From Thermotogota bacterium (GTDB lineage: Bacteria; Thermotogota; Thermotogae; UBA12178), in the NCBI GenBank assembly GCA_021161835.1, contig JAGGZV010000057.1:12434-76433 (forward strand): DNA of 64,000 nucleotides. Direction: 5' to 3'. The translations under genes were made by a program, and so were the position numbers. The stretch's first letter is position 1, and the number at the start of each line of letters is the position of its first letter. This document shows, one piece after another, positions 44,626 to 53,125 of this stretch. Under the pieces are notes generated by a model. That model ran no database searches, was not told the origin of the DNA, and saw only the letters and a list, made by a program, of their open reading frames with translations.

Positions 44626-45534
44626 AAATATGTCTGCCAGGCGTCGAATAACTTTCTTGAAATCTTCCGGAAGACTGGCAGTGAATTCGAGTCGTTTCCC
44701 GGTTCGTGGATGGTGGAAACCCAGCTTCACGGCGTGTAGCATCAATCTTGGTATTTCCAGACCTTCTATTCTAACGTTCCTGGCGTAGAGGTAATCTCCC
44801 AGTATTGGATAGCCCGCATGTTTCAGATGCAACCGTATTTGATGGGTTCTACCGCTTTTGGGATACGCGGCTACAAGCATAGCAGCATCGGCGAACTTCT
44901 TCAGTACTTTGAACCATGTTTCCGAAGGTTTGCCATCCTCTGCCACCAGCATTTTCAGGCGGTTATATGGGTGCCTTTTTATACCTGCCACAACAATCCA
45001 TTCGGTTCTGGGTGATACACCTTTTGCTATGGCTAGATATTCTTTGCGTACGGTTCTTTTTTTGAACTGTATGGAGAGATTCATGTGAGCAAGATCGTTT
45101 TTCGCAACCACCATCACCCCACTGGTTTCCCTATCCAGTCTGTGTACTATGCCGGGTCTATGTTCGCCGCCTATTCCCTGAAGATCGTCGCAATGAAACA
45201 ACAGGGCGTTCACGAGCGTTCCCGTGTTTTTTGTCGCGGTGGGATGTACCAGTAGACCCGCAGGTTTGTTTATGACGATTATGTCTTCATCTTCGTAAAG
45301 TACATCGAGTTGTATAGGTTCCGGTTTTATTTCCGTCTTTTCAACTTTCTGGGGTATCAGCACTTCCACTTTCTCGCCTGTTTTCAGAGAATAGCTGGGT
45401 TTCTTTGTTTCCCCGTTCACCGTTACAAGGCCTTCCTTTATCGCTTTCTGTATCTGGGTTCTCGACAACCATTCCGGTAATTTTTCTTTGAGAAACATAT
45501 CCAATCTCCAGCCCTTTTCCCTGTTGGTTACCAT
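44599..45534 (-). CDS. rluD: 23S rRNA pseudouridine synthase, RluA/RluD family
   Basis: The protein has an S4 domain (WRLDMFLKEKLPEWLSRTQIQKAIKEGLVTVNG) and catalytic motifs HRLDRETSG and GRTHQIR. An alternative start lies at 45561. Confidence 0.88.
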   Translation of the reverse strand: MVTNREKGWRLDMFLKEKLPEWLSRTQIQKAIKEGLVTVNGETKKPSYSLKTGEKVEVLIPQKVEKTEIKPEPIQLDVLYEDEDIIVINKPAGLLVHPTATKNTGTLVNALLFHCDDLQGIGGEHRPGIVHRLDRETSGVMVVAKNDLAHMNLSIQFKKRTVRKEYLAIAKGVSPRTEWIVVAGIKRHPYNRLKMLVAEDGKPSETWFKVLKKFADAAMLVAAYPKSGRTHQIRLHLKHAGYPILGDYLYARNVRIEGLEIPRLMLHAVKLGFHHPRTGKRLEFTASLPEDFKKVIRRLADIFSSSEMVSR

Positions 45535-45991
45535 GAAGCTTTCCTTTGAGCAGGTATCCATACCCTACCATCACCGCCCCCACCACGAGAAATGCATCTG
45601 CAAGATTGAACACGGCCCAGAAGAATGACAGATGTATGAAATCTACAACGTATCCCAATCTCAGTCTGTCCACAAAGTTGCCCAGTGCTCCTCCCATTAT
45701 CAATCCGAGTCCGACGGCTACGAATCCATCCTTCTCTTTCATGAACCAGGTGGCAGCGAGGATGATGCATATCACCAGGAACGTTATAGCCACTAGAAAG
45801 CTTGTGGAACTCTGCAATATGCCAAACGCTGCCCCTGTATTTTTGATACGTGTTAAACGCAGCAGTCTGCCGAGAACCTCAACTTCTTCATATGGCATGA
45901 GTTTTCTTTCAACAATGGCTTTTGAAATCTGATCAGCCATTATTGATGTCACCGATACCGTCCACATCAACCGCCATCCTTTTGTGTTCAT
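45341..45991 (-). CDS. lspA: Lipoprotein signal peptidase II with a ~65-codon 3' extension overlapping rluD
   Basis: The LspA boxes ...RIKNTGAAFGIL..., ...GGALGNFVDRLRLGYVVDF... and ...FNLADAFLVVGA... are present. The family normally ends about 10-15 aa after the last box, but this frame continues to 45341. Confidence 0.85.
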   Translation of the reverse strand: MNTKGWRLMWTVSVTSIMADQISKAIVERKLMPYEEVEVLGRLLRLTRIKNTGAAFGILQSSTSFLVAITFLVICIILAATWFMKEKDGFVAVGLGLIMGGALGNFVDRLRLGYVVDFIHLSFFWAVFNLADAFLVVGAVMVGYGYLLKGKLHGNQQGKGLEIGYVSQRKITGMVVENPDTESDKGRPCNGERGNKETQLFSENRRESGSADTPES

Positions 45992-45992
45992 T

Positions 45993-46655
45993 TCAGCTGC
46001 CCCCACCTTTTGGGATGTACAATCCGTACGTCCTGGCCAAACCCTCCACCTTCTTCTTTTTCATGGTTACGGCCTTTGAAACTCCCTGATTGTAGAGTAG
46101 AAGGACGGTTCTGTCGGGACTCGCAGATTCTATCACACAGTCGGGACTTACGGGTATCATGTAATCCGTCTTTATCACCGGAGTTTTGAAGAAGTAAAAC
46201 TTGTACGGTGCCAGACCAGGTTTGAGATTCTTGGAAAACACGTATACGGAATCCTTTGTGCTTCTCTTTACCCCTATCCATACTTCATCTTTCCCCGTTA
46301 TGAATATTTGAAAGTACCCTGACATACGTTCTTCCTGCATCTCCGTTATGACCCTCTGAAAGTCCTGTAACATGTTCTCCAGGTAATTCATTTTGGTCAG
46401 GTATCTCTCAACTATGCCTCCAGGTCCGACGATTGTCTTCAGTTTTTCTACATCGTCCTTTATTCCTTCGAGTTGCTGGGAAATGTAGGCTTTGTACATC
46501 TCAACAGACTTTTTCTGTTGTGCTTTTATACCGTAAACCTGCAGGAATGCAGAAACGGAGAAGACCACCGATATCACAGTTGCGAAGATTATCGTCATCA
46601 GGAACATCATCGCACGTTTAACGGTTATGTCTTGCCGCCTTCTCAACCCCTTCAC
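45993..46655 (-). CDS. Single-pass membrane protein translationally coupled to the sigma-factor gene (possible anti-sigma/regulatory partner)
   Basis: The start GTG overlaps the sigma-factor stop in a GTGA arrangement. The protein has a short basic N-terminus, one TM segment (MMFLMTIIFATVISVVFSVSAFL) and a ~170-aa extracytoplasmic domain. I recognise no family. Confidence 0.45.
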   Translation of the reverse strand: MKGLRRRQDITVKRAMMFLMTIIFATVISVVFSVSAFLQVYGIKAQQKKSVEMYKAYISQQLEGIKDDVEKLKTIVGPGGIVERYLTKMNYLENMLQDFQRVITEMQEERMSGYFQIFITGKDEVWIGVKRSTKDSVYVFSKNLKPGLAPYKFYFFKTPVIKTDYMIPVSPDCVIESASPDRTVLLLYNQGVSKAVTMKKKKVEGLARTYGLYIPKGGGS

Positions 46656-47239
46656 CTCCCCATCTTCTTTGCCAGCCGTTTCAGCTTCTGTATGGTATTG
46701 TCTACTTTTTTCACGTTGACGTTCAACCTTTCTTTTATTTCTTCGTATGTGTAGTTCTGTGCCCATAGTTTAACTATGTTTCTCTCCAACTCGTTTAGCC
46801 CGTCCATGGTTTTCTCCACGAAATATTCTTTCAACACACGGTCTTCCAACCCTTCTTCGAGGGTGTCGCTCCACAGGTATCCGGGTTCATCCGAATCCAC
46901 GTCCTGAGCATCTACTTTAACAGCTTCAGTGAGGATTTGATTTTTCTTTCTGTTAAGGTAGGTTAGAAAAGATTTCAACTCCGATTCTATGTTCGTCCAT
47001 GCGAAGGAGCTGAAACTGGATTTCTCCGGATTGTAATAGTAAACCGCTTTCATCAATCCCAGCAGCCCATTTTGCACTAGATCGCTGAAATCCGACCATA
47101 CACCGTAGTATTTAGAGGAAATTTTCAGAACCATGGGGTAATATTTCTCTATTATCAAGGCCATTGCGTCTTCCAATCCTTCCTGTGCAAGTTCCACAAG
47201 TTCCTCTATCTTCTTGGTCCTCAGTTTGTATTTCAGCAT
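46652..47239 (-). CDS. Sigma-70-family sigma factor, SigH/ECF-like (regions 2 and 4 only)
   Basis: The 195-aa ORF reads ...AMALIIEKYYPMVLKISSKYY...DLVQNGLLGLMKAVYYYNPEKSSFSSFAWTNIESEL..., with a C-terminal HTH (...ERNIVKLWAQNYTYEEIKERLNVNVKKVDNTIQ). Confidence 0.8.
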   Translation of the reverse strand: MLKYKLRTKKIEELVELAQEGLEDAMALIIEKYYPMVLKISSKYYGVWSDFSDLVQNGLLGLMKAVYYYNPEKSSFSSFAWTNIESELKSFLTYLNRKKNQILTEAVKVDAQDVDSDEPGYLWSDTLEEGLEDRVLKEYFVEKTMDGLNELERNIVKLWAQNYTYEEIKERLNVNVKKVDNTIQKLKRLAKKMGR

Positions 47240-47245
47240 GGTGTA

Positions 47246-48025
47246 TCATCGCCTTACAGCAACAAAGAATATGTGTTCAGCAATATTGATTAAATCGGGG
47301 TTCCTTGCGTATTCTTTCTCGGCTTCCAGTACCTCATCGAAGTTGACGATTCTTTCATCGTACGGTCCGAACACCATGATTCCAGCGAAATCAATTATTT
47401 CGAAACCATGTGGTTTGAACAACATGGAGAGTTCCCTGGTATCGAAACAGCGGGTTACGAAGCTCACATCGCTCAATTCATCGTTACCAACGCGCATGGA
47501 ACGATACCTCTCCAGGTAACGTCTCGCACTTCCATCACCTGCTCTGACGATTTCCCTGAGTGCGTGGTAATAAGAATCCACGCTCCCGATGATGTGGCCT
47601 CCTCTGCGTATGCGAGCGGATATTTTTTCCATGGTAACTTTCACATCATTTACATAGCTTAAAATATCTCCTATCAGGAAGACAACTTCTACATCTTGCG
47701 GTATTTGAAAATTCTCAAGGGTGGCTTCCACGTATTCGATTCCATCGATATCCCGATTCCTCGATTTCGCTATGGAAAGCATTCGGGATGATGGTTCGAC
47801 AAATATCAATTTTTCCACCTTTTCGGTTATTGCTTTCGTCCATTTACCTGTTCCTCCTCCCACCTCTATGCCCAGTTTCCAGGGTCCAAACTTTTGCAGG
47901 CTTTCCGTTAAGAGGAAAGCCATGAGACTCTCGTAGAGTCTCGCCCGCATATCGAGAGCGTAATATTCGTCGTACATTTCTGCTATTTCATCATAGTATT
48001 CCCAAGCTTTTGCCGTTTCCATCAC
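47246..48025 (-). CDS. Class I SAM-dependent methyltransferase
   Basis: The 259-aa ORF carries motif I (GIEVGGGTGKWT). Its substrate is unknown. Confidence 0.8.
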   Translation of the reverse strand: MMETAKAWEYYDEIAEMYDEYYALDMRARLYESLMAFLLTESLQKFGPWKLGIEVGGGTGKWTKAITEKVEKLIFVEPSSRMLSIAKSRNRDIDGIEYVEATLENFQIPQDVEVVFLIGDILSYVNDVKVTMEKISARIRRGGHIIGSVDSYYHALREIVRAGDGSARRYLERYRSMRVGNDELSDVSFVTRCFDTRELSMLFKPHGFEIIDFAGIMVFGPYDERIVNFDEVLEAEKEYARNPDLINIAEHIFFVAVRR

Positions 48026-49131
48026 CTCGTTTTGACACTTCCTCTGTAGAAGGGAAGTTTAACGACCTCCGCTTTTAGAATCTTTCCACGTTGCAGTTTG
48101 ATTTCTACCTCTGTTCCTGGTTCAGCAAGCGCTTTCGGGACATATGCCATGGCTATTATCTTGTCCAGCGTTGGTGATTTTGTTCCACTGGTTATCCAGC
48201 CGATTTCGTTCCCATCTTTCACCACCGGGTCTTTGTGACGCGGTATACCTTTTCCTTCCTTTACCACCAACCCAACGAGTTTTTTGTCTATTCCTTCTTT
48301 TTTGCGTTTTTCAAGTGCTTCTTTCCCCACGAATCTGTCTTTCTGAAATTTGACCGTCCATGAAATTCCACACTCAATAGGTGTGATACTCTCATCCATA
48401 TCGCTGCCATATAGAAGATACGAAGCTTCCAGTCTGAGCGTGTCCCGCGCCCCCAATCCACACGGCAAAGCTCCGTGTATCTTTCCGATATCCACCAGCC
48501 GTCTCCACAATGTGACGGCCATCTCGGGATTCACGTATATTTCGAATCCATCCTCACCGGTGTATCCTGTTCTCGATACCATGCAGTATATACCGTTTAT
48601 CCGTCCTTCGACAAAGCTGTAGTATTTCAGCTTTCTCAAAGGAATTTGGGATATCTCCTGGAGCATTTCTTCGCTTTTCGGACCCTGAAATGCGATCAGA
48701 ACATATTCATCGGATACATCCCGTACCTCAGCCTGGTACCCATCGAGGTGTTCTTCCAGCCAGCGTAGATCTTTCTCTCGATTGGCTGCATTAACCACCA
48801 GCATGACATCTTCCACGCTCACCTTGTAAACCAGCAGATCGTCTATTATGCCTCCCTCCTCGTTGCACATGGGGGTGTAGCATATCTGACCCGGTTTGAG
48901 CTTTTTCACATCGTTGGTCACCATGTAATCAGCAAATTCCACGGCATCAGGTCCGGAGATCAATATCTCACCCATGTGAGATACATCGAAAATTCCCGCA
49001 TGCGTTCTCACGGTTCTGTGTTCCTCCACTATTCCCGTATATTCCAGAGGCATCTTCCAGCCGGCGAACTCGACGAACTTGGCGTTAAGACGCTGGTGTT
49101 CTTCATAAAGTGGTGTTTTCCTGGCTTCCAT
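48022..49131 (-). CDS. gcvT: Glycine cleavage system aminomethyltransferase T
   Basis: The protein reads ...KTPLYEEHQRLNAKFVEFAGWKMPLEYTGIVEEHRTVRTHAGIFDVSHMGE.... The start ATG 49131 is 6 nt after GGAGGTGGAG. Confidence 0.92.
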   Translation of the reverse strand: MEARKTPLYEEHQRLNAKFVEFAGWKMPLEYTGIVEEHRTVRTHAGIFDVSHMGEILISGPDAVEFADYMVTNDVKKLKPGQICYTPMCNEEGGIIDDLLVYKVSVEDVMLVVNAANREKDLRWLEEHLDGYQAEVRDVSDEYVLIAFQGPKSEEMLQEISQIPLRKLKYYSFVEGRINGIYCMVSRTGYTGEDGFEIYVNPEMAVTLWRRLVDIGKIHGALPCGLGARDTLRLEASYLLYGSDMDESITPIECGISWTVKFQKDRFVGKEALEKRKKEGIDKKLVGLVVKEGKGIPRHKDPVVKDGNEIGWITSGTKSPTLDKIIAMAYVPKALAEPGTEVEIKLQRGKILKAEVVKLPFYRGSVKTR

Positions 49132-49363
49132 CTTCTCCACCTCCCTGGAACGTACTCAGAATACTTTCAGCCTGTTTAAGAAGACTTTCTGGAACCAACA
49201 CATCCACCATGCCGCCCATACCGAAGTAGACAGTATCGGTGAATGGAAAGGCAGCCGATTTGAACATTACAGGTATACCCTCATTTTCCAGAATATTTCT
49301 GATTATTTCGGCTTCTATAAGTGGTAGCATTTCACGCAACTTCTTCCATTCTTCTCTCTTCAC
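49103..49363 (-). CDS. DUF2007-like small protein (putative signal-transducing fold)
   Basis: The 86-aa ORF has the pattern ...IEAEIIRNILENEGIPVMFK...VDVLVPESLLKQAESIL. Confidence 0.55.
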   Translation of the reverse strand: MKREEWKKLREMLPLIEAEIIRNILENEGIPVMFKSAAFPFTDTVYFGMGGMVDVLVPESLLKQAESILSTFQGGGEDGSQENTTL

Positions 49364-50121
49364 AGTTCAACTACCTCCAGATCGTTAGGAATTATTATTT
49401 GCCCTTCGAAATGCTCCGCCGCCTCCTCGATCAGCGTACTCAGTTCGTGTTCATCGAAATCGCCGATATGCACCAGGTACAGCATCTCCACTCCGGCCCT
49501 TTTCGCTATTTTGCCGGCATCACCTGCACATGAATGCCCGCTAAGTGGCCCATTCAATCTGTAACTACGAGTGGCTTCGTGTATCAATGCTTTGGATCCT
49601 CTGGAGAAATCTCCCAGCTCTTCCAGCGGTTCGGTATCACTCGAGTAGGTGACGGATATCCCCTCATATTCCAGTCTAACTGCCAGGTTTCTGAGAGTAT
49701 GTTTGACCGGCATAAAGCTAACAACAGCACCGTTCAATTCCACGTTGTAACCCGGCCTGTATGGGATAGGTTCTATAACCACCGGAAAGGCTTCCTGGTG
49801 ATCAAGCAATCTAAAGAGACGTATTATCCCCTTCACCATTTCCACGAAGTCCTCACCTACATATATTTTCAGCTCTTCTTTTCTCCCCATCAACCTCAAC
49901 ATCTCCACAAGTGATGATAAGCCATATATGTGATCCACGTGTCCATGGGTTATCACAACGTGGTTCACGTTCATCGGATCAAATCCCATACTCTTCAACT
50001 TTCCACATACGTTGCCAGGGCAATCTATCAGAATAAGATCTTTCGTTTTAAACACCAGTGCAGTGTTATCTCTTGTGGCTGTGCTGATAGCTGCGGCCGT
50101 TCCCAGAAATCCCATTCTCAA
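49360..50121 (-). CDS. MBL-fold metallo-hydrolase (short RNase Z-like)
   Basis: The HxHxDH motif is present (VVITHGHVDHIYG). The ORF is 253 aa. The start TTG is 8 nt after AGGAGGAG. Confidence 0.8.
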   Translation of the reverse strand: MRMGFLGTAAAISTATRDNTALVFKTKDLILIDCPGNVCGKLKSMGFDPMNVNHVVITHGHVDHIYGLSSLVEMLRLMGRKEELKIYVGEDFVEMVKGIIRLFRLLDHQEAFPVVIEPIPYRPGYNVELNGAVVSFMPVKHTLRNLAVRLEYEGISVTYSSDTEPLEELGDFSRGSKALIHEATRSYRLNGPLSGHSCAGDAGKIAKRAGVEMLYLVHIGDFDEHELSTLIEEAAEHFEGQIIIPNDLEVVEL

Positions 50122-50213
50122 TGTTGCATCTCCTCCTTTGAAATGGACGGAAGTAAATCTTCTCGTTTATTCTAACATCCAAATGTTCCGTGATGCGATA
50201 TTGTTCTGCCAGG

Positions 50214-50242
50214 TTGACATGGTGGAAAGTGTCCTGTATAAT
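50214..50242 (+). promoter_or_regulatory. Consensus sigma-70 promoter (TTGACA-17-TATAAT) for the tRNA-Thr/tRNA-Tyr/rpmG-secE-nusG transcription unit
   Basis: Both hexamers are perfect, the spacer is 17 nt, and the -10 element ends 13 nt before the tRNA-Thr 5' end. Confidence 0.8.
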
Positions 50243-50255
50243 TGTTCGTGCTTGG

Positions 50256-50330
50256 GCCAGTGTAGCTCAACGGTAGAGCGGCTGATTTGTAATCAGCAGG
50301 TTGTGGGTTCGAATCCCACCGCTGGCTCCA
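50256..50330 (+). tRNA. tRNA-Thr: tRNA-Thr (anticodon TGT), CCA encoded
   Basis: The sequence GCCAGTGTAGCTCAACGGTAGAGCGGCTGATTTGTAATCAGCAGGTTGTGGGTTCGAATCCCACCGCTGGCTCCA folds as a cloverleaf. The anticodon stem is GCTGA/TCAGC with loop TTTGTAA. Confidence 0.93.
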
Positions 50331-50337
50331 AGGGGTT

Positions 50338-50424
50338 GGTGAGGTGCCCGAGCGGCCAAAGGGGGCGGACTGTAAATCCGCTGGCAGATTGCCTTCGGAG
50401 GTTCGAATCCTCCCCTCACCACCA
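50338..50424 (+). tRNA. tRNA-Tyr: tRNA-Tyr (anticodon GTA), long variable arm, CCA encoded
   Basis: The sequence reads GGTGAGGTGCCCGAGCGG...GCGGACTGTAAATCCGC...GGAGGTTCGAATCCTCCCCTCACCACCA. Confidence 0.93.
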
Positions 50425-50433
50425 GATTGTCGG

Positions 50434-50459
50434 CCCCGCCATAGGGCGGGGTTGATTTT
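50434..50459 (+). terminator. Rho-independent terminator/attenuator after tRNA-Tyr
   Basis: CCCCGCC-ATAG-GGCGGGG is followed by TTGATTTT. rpmG begins 19 nt later, so some read-through is expected. Confidence 0.7.
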
Positions 50460-50477
50460 GGCTGAAAAGGAGAAGAG

Positions 50478-50648
50478 GTGAGAGGCGTGGCCAAGTCCAA
50501 GGCAGTCGTGCAGGTATATCTGGTGTGTTCGGAGTGCAGAACGAGGAATTATTATAAGAAGAAAAATAAACAATACAAGAAAAAGTTGCAGTTCAGGAAA
50601 TACTGCCCGGTGTGCAAAAAGCACACTCTTCATGTTGAAGGAAAATGA
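50478..50648 (+). CDS. rpmG: 50S ribosomal protein L33 (below the ORF-track size cutoff)
   Basis: My translation is (M)RGVAKSKAVVQVYLVCSECRTRNYYKKKNKQYKKKLQFRKYCPVCKKHTLHVEGK*, a zinc-ribbon L33. The start is GTG 50478 or GTG 50487. Confidence 0.85.
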   Translation: MRGVAKSKAVVQVYLVCSECRTRNYYKKKNKQYKKKLQFRKYCPVCKKHTLHVEGK

Positions 50649-50660
50649 GGAGTTGGGAGG

Positions 50661-50861
50661 ATGTTTGCCAAACTTAAGAAGTTCTTTGCCGAAGTGAAGA
50701 GTGAGTTCAAGAAAGTTACCTGGCCAAACAAGAGAGAACTCGTGGGTAGTACCATGGTGGTCCTCTTCATATTGTTGATAATGGGTATATATCTCGGATT
50801 CCTGGACATGGTTTTTTCGAATCTGACCAAATGGTTACTCACGATACTGGGAATAGGGTGA
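50661..50861 (+). CDS. secE: Preprotein translocase subunit SecE
   Basis: The 66-aa ORF reads ...FFAEVKSEFKKVTWPNKRELVGSTMVVLFILLIMGIYLG. Confidence 0.9.
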   Translation: MFAKLKKFFAEVKSEFKKVTWPNKRELVGSTMVVLFILLIMGIYLGFLDMVFSNLTKWLLTILGIG

Positions 50862-50865
50862 TGGT

Positions 50866-51924
50866 GTGAGGAAAAAGTGGTACGTTATCCAGACATATTC
50901 CGGAATGGAGAACAAAGTCAAGGAAGATCTGGAAAGGCGATTCCAATCGCTCGGATTGGAAAGATACGTGGGACGCGTTGTCGTACCGGAAGAAATAATA
51001 ATAGATTCCAAGGCAAAGTCTCTGGAAAGACATGTGGTGTCCATGAATGCACGTCTTCATGTTTCCACAGGTGCCGAGGTGAAGGCAGGCGAGATACTGG
51101 CTGAAGAACCCAACATACATGCCAGGAAAGATGGAGTGATAACGGAAATAAAGAACTTCAGGCGTATAGTCATAGAAACAATAGACAGGAAATACACGAA
51201 GACCTACTATATTCCTGAAAGTGATAAGCCTGATAGGGGATTGAAAGTGGGGGCGAGAATAAGGCAGGGGATGCCTCTCTCGAAGAAGGGAGATCAATTC
51301 GCCGAGATAGATGGGAAGATCGTGGTCGTTGAGAGATTGAAAAGGGTCCGGGTGAAGACCGACGATGGGGAGGAAGTGTACTATCTACCATACGAAAATT
51401 TTGACACAACAAGGCTTTCGAAAGGTATGGAAGTGAAAGCTGGCATGCTTCTCAGTGAAGGAAAGAAGTACTACGCCAAATCCACGGGAAAAGTTGAAGT
51501 AATGGACATGGGAACTCGGAAGGAAATACGTATTGCCAAAACGAAGACAAGACGCTTGTTTCCAGGATACGTATTCGCCGAGCTTCTCCTCACCGATGAT
51601 ATAGAACAACTGGTAAGACGTGCACCCAATGTGATAAACTTCGTTTCCATTGGAGGACAACCTGTTCCTTTGAAACCGAGAGAAGCTCGTGTAATTCTGA
51701 GATTAATAGGAGAAGAAACCTACGAAGAGAAACGAGCAGCCAGGGTGGAATTTGACTTCAACATTGGTGAACCCGTGAAGATAATAAGCGGTCCCTTCGA
51801 AGGATTCGTGGGAGTTGTGAATGAAATAGATCCTGAGCATAACGAAGTCAAGGTTATGGTCACGATATTCGGTCGTGAAACACCCGTGGTGCTTCATGTG
51901 GATGAAGTGGAAAAAGTCGTCTGA
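50866..51924 (+). CDS. nusG: Transcription antitermination factor NusG with the Thermotogae-type inserted domain
   Basis: The NGN start KWYVIQTYSGMENKV is followed by a ~190-aa insertion, then FPGYVFAELLL and the KOW region GEPVKIISGPFEGFVGVVNEI. The ORF is 352 aa. Confidence 0.95.
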   Translation: MRKKWYVIQTYSGMENKVKEDLERRFQSLGLERYVGRVVVPEEIIIDSKAKSLERHVVSMNARLHVSTGAEVKAGEILAEEPNIHARKDGVITEIKNFRRIVIETIDRKYTKTYYIPESDKPDRGLKVGARIRQGMPLSKKGDQFAEIDGKIVVVERLKRVRVKTDDGEEVYYLPYENFDTTRLSKGMEVKAGMLLSEGKKYYAKSTGKVEVMDMGTRKEIRIAKTKTRRLFPGYVFAELLLTDDIEQLVRRAPNVINFVSIGGQPVPLKPREARVILRLIGEETYEEKRAARVEFDFNIGEPVKIISGPFEGFVGVVNEIDPEHNEVKVMVTIFGRETPVVLHVDEVEKVV

Positions 51925-51929
51925 AATAT

Positions 51930-51959
51930 GTGGGAGGACCGACAGGTCCGGGAAACCAC
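51930..51959 (+). promoter_or_regulatory. Candidate L1-binding regulatory mimic in the rplK-rplA leader
   Basis: The element reads GUGG-GAGG-ACC GACA GGU-CC-GGGAAA-CCAC. The helix, asymmetric loop and hairpin have the same GAGG...CC-GNGAAA layout as known L1 mRNA/23S H77-78 sites. It lies 20 nt upstream of the rplK ATG. Confidence 0.45.
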
Positions 51960-51979
51960 TTTGAGGAGGTAGAAAGATC

Positions 51980-52408
51980 ATGGCGAAGAAAGTCATAGCC
52001 GAGGTGAGATTGCAGCTGGAAGCGGGTAAGGCAACACCTGCACCACCCGTTGGTCCCGCACTCGGTCAGCATGGTGTAAACATAATGGAGTTCTGCAAGA
52101 GATTCAACGCTGAAACTGCCGACAAAGCTGGTATGTTGATACCTGTTGTGATAACCATATACGAGGATAGATCGTTCACCTTCGTCACCAAGACACCCCC
52201 TGTCTCCTTCCTTCTGAAGAAAGCTGCCAAGATAGATAAGGGTTCTCCTGAACCCAACAGGGTGAAAGTTGGAAAGGTGACGAAGAAACAGGTGGAGGAA
52301 ATAGCGCGCCTGAAACTTCCGGATTTGAACACCGATGATATCGAAGCAGCTATGCGCATCGTTGAAGGTACAGCTAGAAACATGGGAATAGAGATCGTCG
52401 AAGGTTGA
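51980..52408 (+). CDS. rplK: 50S ribosomal protein L11
   Basis: The protein reads [40 protein letters not shown]. Confidence 0.97.
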   Translation: MAKKVIAEVRLQLEAGKATPAPPVGPALGQHGVNIMEFCKRFNAETADKAGMLIPVVITIYEDRSFTFVTKTPPVSFLLKKAAKIDKGSPEPNRVKVGKVTKKQVEEIARLKLPDLNTDDIEAAMRIVEGTARNMGIEIVEG

Positions 52409-52423
52409 GGGGGTGTATGGAGG

Positions 52424-53125
52424 ATGCCGAAACACTCCAGAAGGTATCAGGAAGCGAGAAATCTGGTCGATAGACGGAGGTTTTATCCCCTCGATGAAGC
52501 TGTGGAACTGGTCAAGAAAACCGCAACGGCCAAATTCGATGAAACCGTTGAGCTGCACATAAAAACGAGTATAGACCCGCGTAAGAGTGATCAAATGGTC
52601 AGATCCAGCATAAGCCTACCCAATGGAACGGGTAAAAGTGTGAAAGTGCTGGTGTTTGCAAGGGGCGAAAAAGCTAAGGAAGCACAGGAAGCTGGAGCAG
52701 ATTACGTGGGAGCAGAGGATCTGGTGGAGAAGATAGAGAAGGAAGGATTTCTGGATTTCGATGTGGCTATAGCAACGCCAGATATGATGAGGGTAATAGG
52801 AAGGCTGGGGAGGATCCTTGGACCGAAAGGTTTAATGCCTTCTCCCAAGAGTGGTACCGTTACCGATGACATAGCTACGGCTGTTAAGGAGTTCAAGATG
52901 GGTAGAATAGAGGTACGCACCGATAAAACTGGTAACATTCATATACCAGTTGGCAAAGTTTCGTTTGATGATGAAAAATTGAAGGAAAATATCGTCTCGG
53001 CTCTGGAGCAAATATCACGTTTGAGACCCGGTACGATGAAGGGAAAATTTTTCAGGAAAGTTGTTGTAGCTTCGACGATGGGGCCTGGTATAAAGCTGGA
53101 TTTGAGCCAGCTGCCGGCAGCTTGA
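52424..53125 (+). CDS. rplA: 50S ribosomal protein L1
   Basis: The 233-aa ORF reads ...[13 protein letters not shown]...[15 protein letters not shown]...[14 protein letters not shown]. Confidence 0.97.
   Translation: MPKHSRRYQEARNLVDRRRFYPLDEAVELVKKTATAKFDETVELHIKTSIDPRKSDQMVRSSISLPNGTGKSVKVLVFARGEKAKEAQEAGADYVGAEDLVEKIEKEGFLDFDVAIATPDMMRVIGRLGRILGPKGLMPSPKSGTVTDDIATAVKEFKMGRIEVRTDKTGNIHIPVGKVSFDDEKLKENIVSALEQISRLRPGTMKGKFFRKVVVASTMGPGIKLDLSQLPAA

Noticed and set aside
49132-49363. A glycine riboswitch upstream of gcvT
   Set aside because: The region is occupied by the DUF2007 coding sequence, which overlaps gcvT. No GGAGAG...CACCG-type tandem aptamer is visible here or in the 50122-50213 promoter region.
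50122-50255. A replication origin at the major divergent strand switch (minus-strand genes to the left, plus-strand genes to the right)
   Set aside because: The spacer is only 134 bp, has no DnaA-box cluster or AT-rich unwinding element, and is fully explained by two divergent promoters. The lone TTATCCACT at 16282-16290 is part of a hairpin and is isolated.
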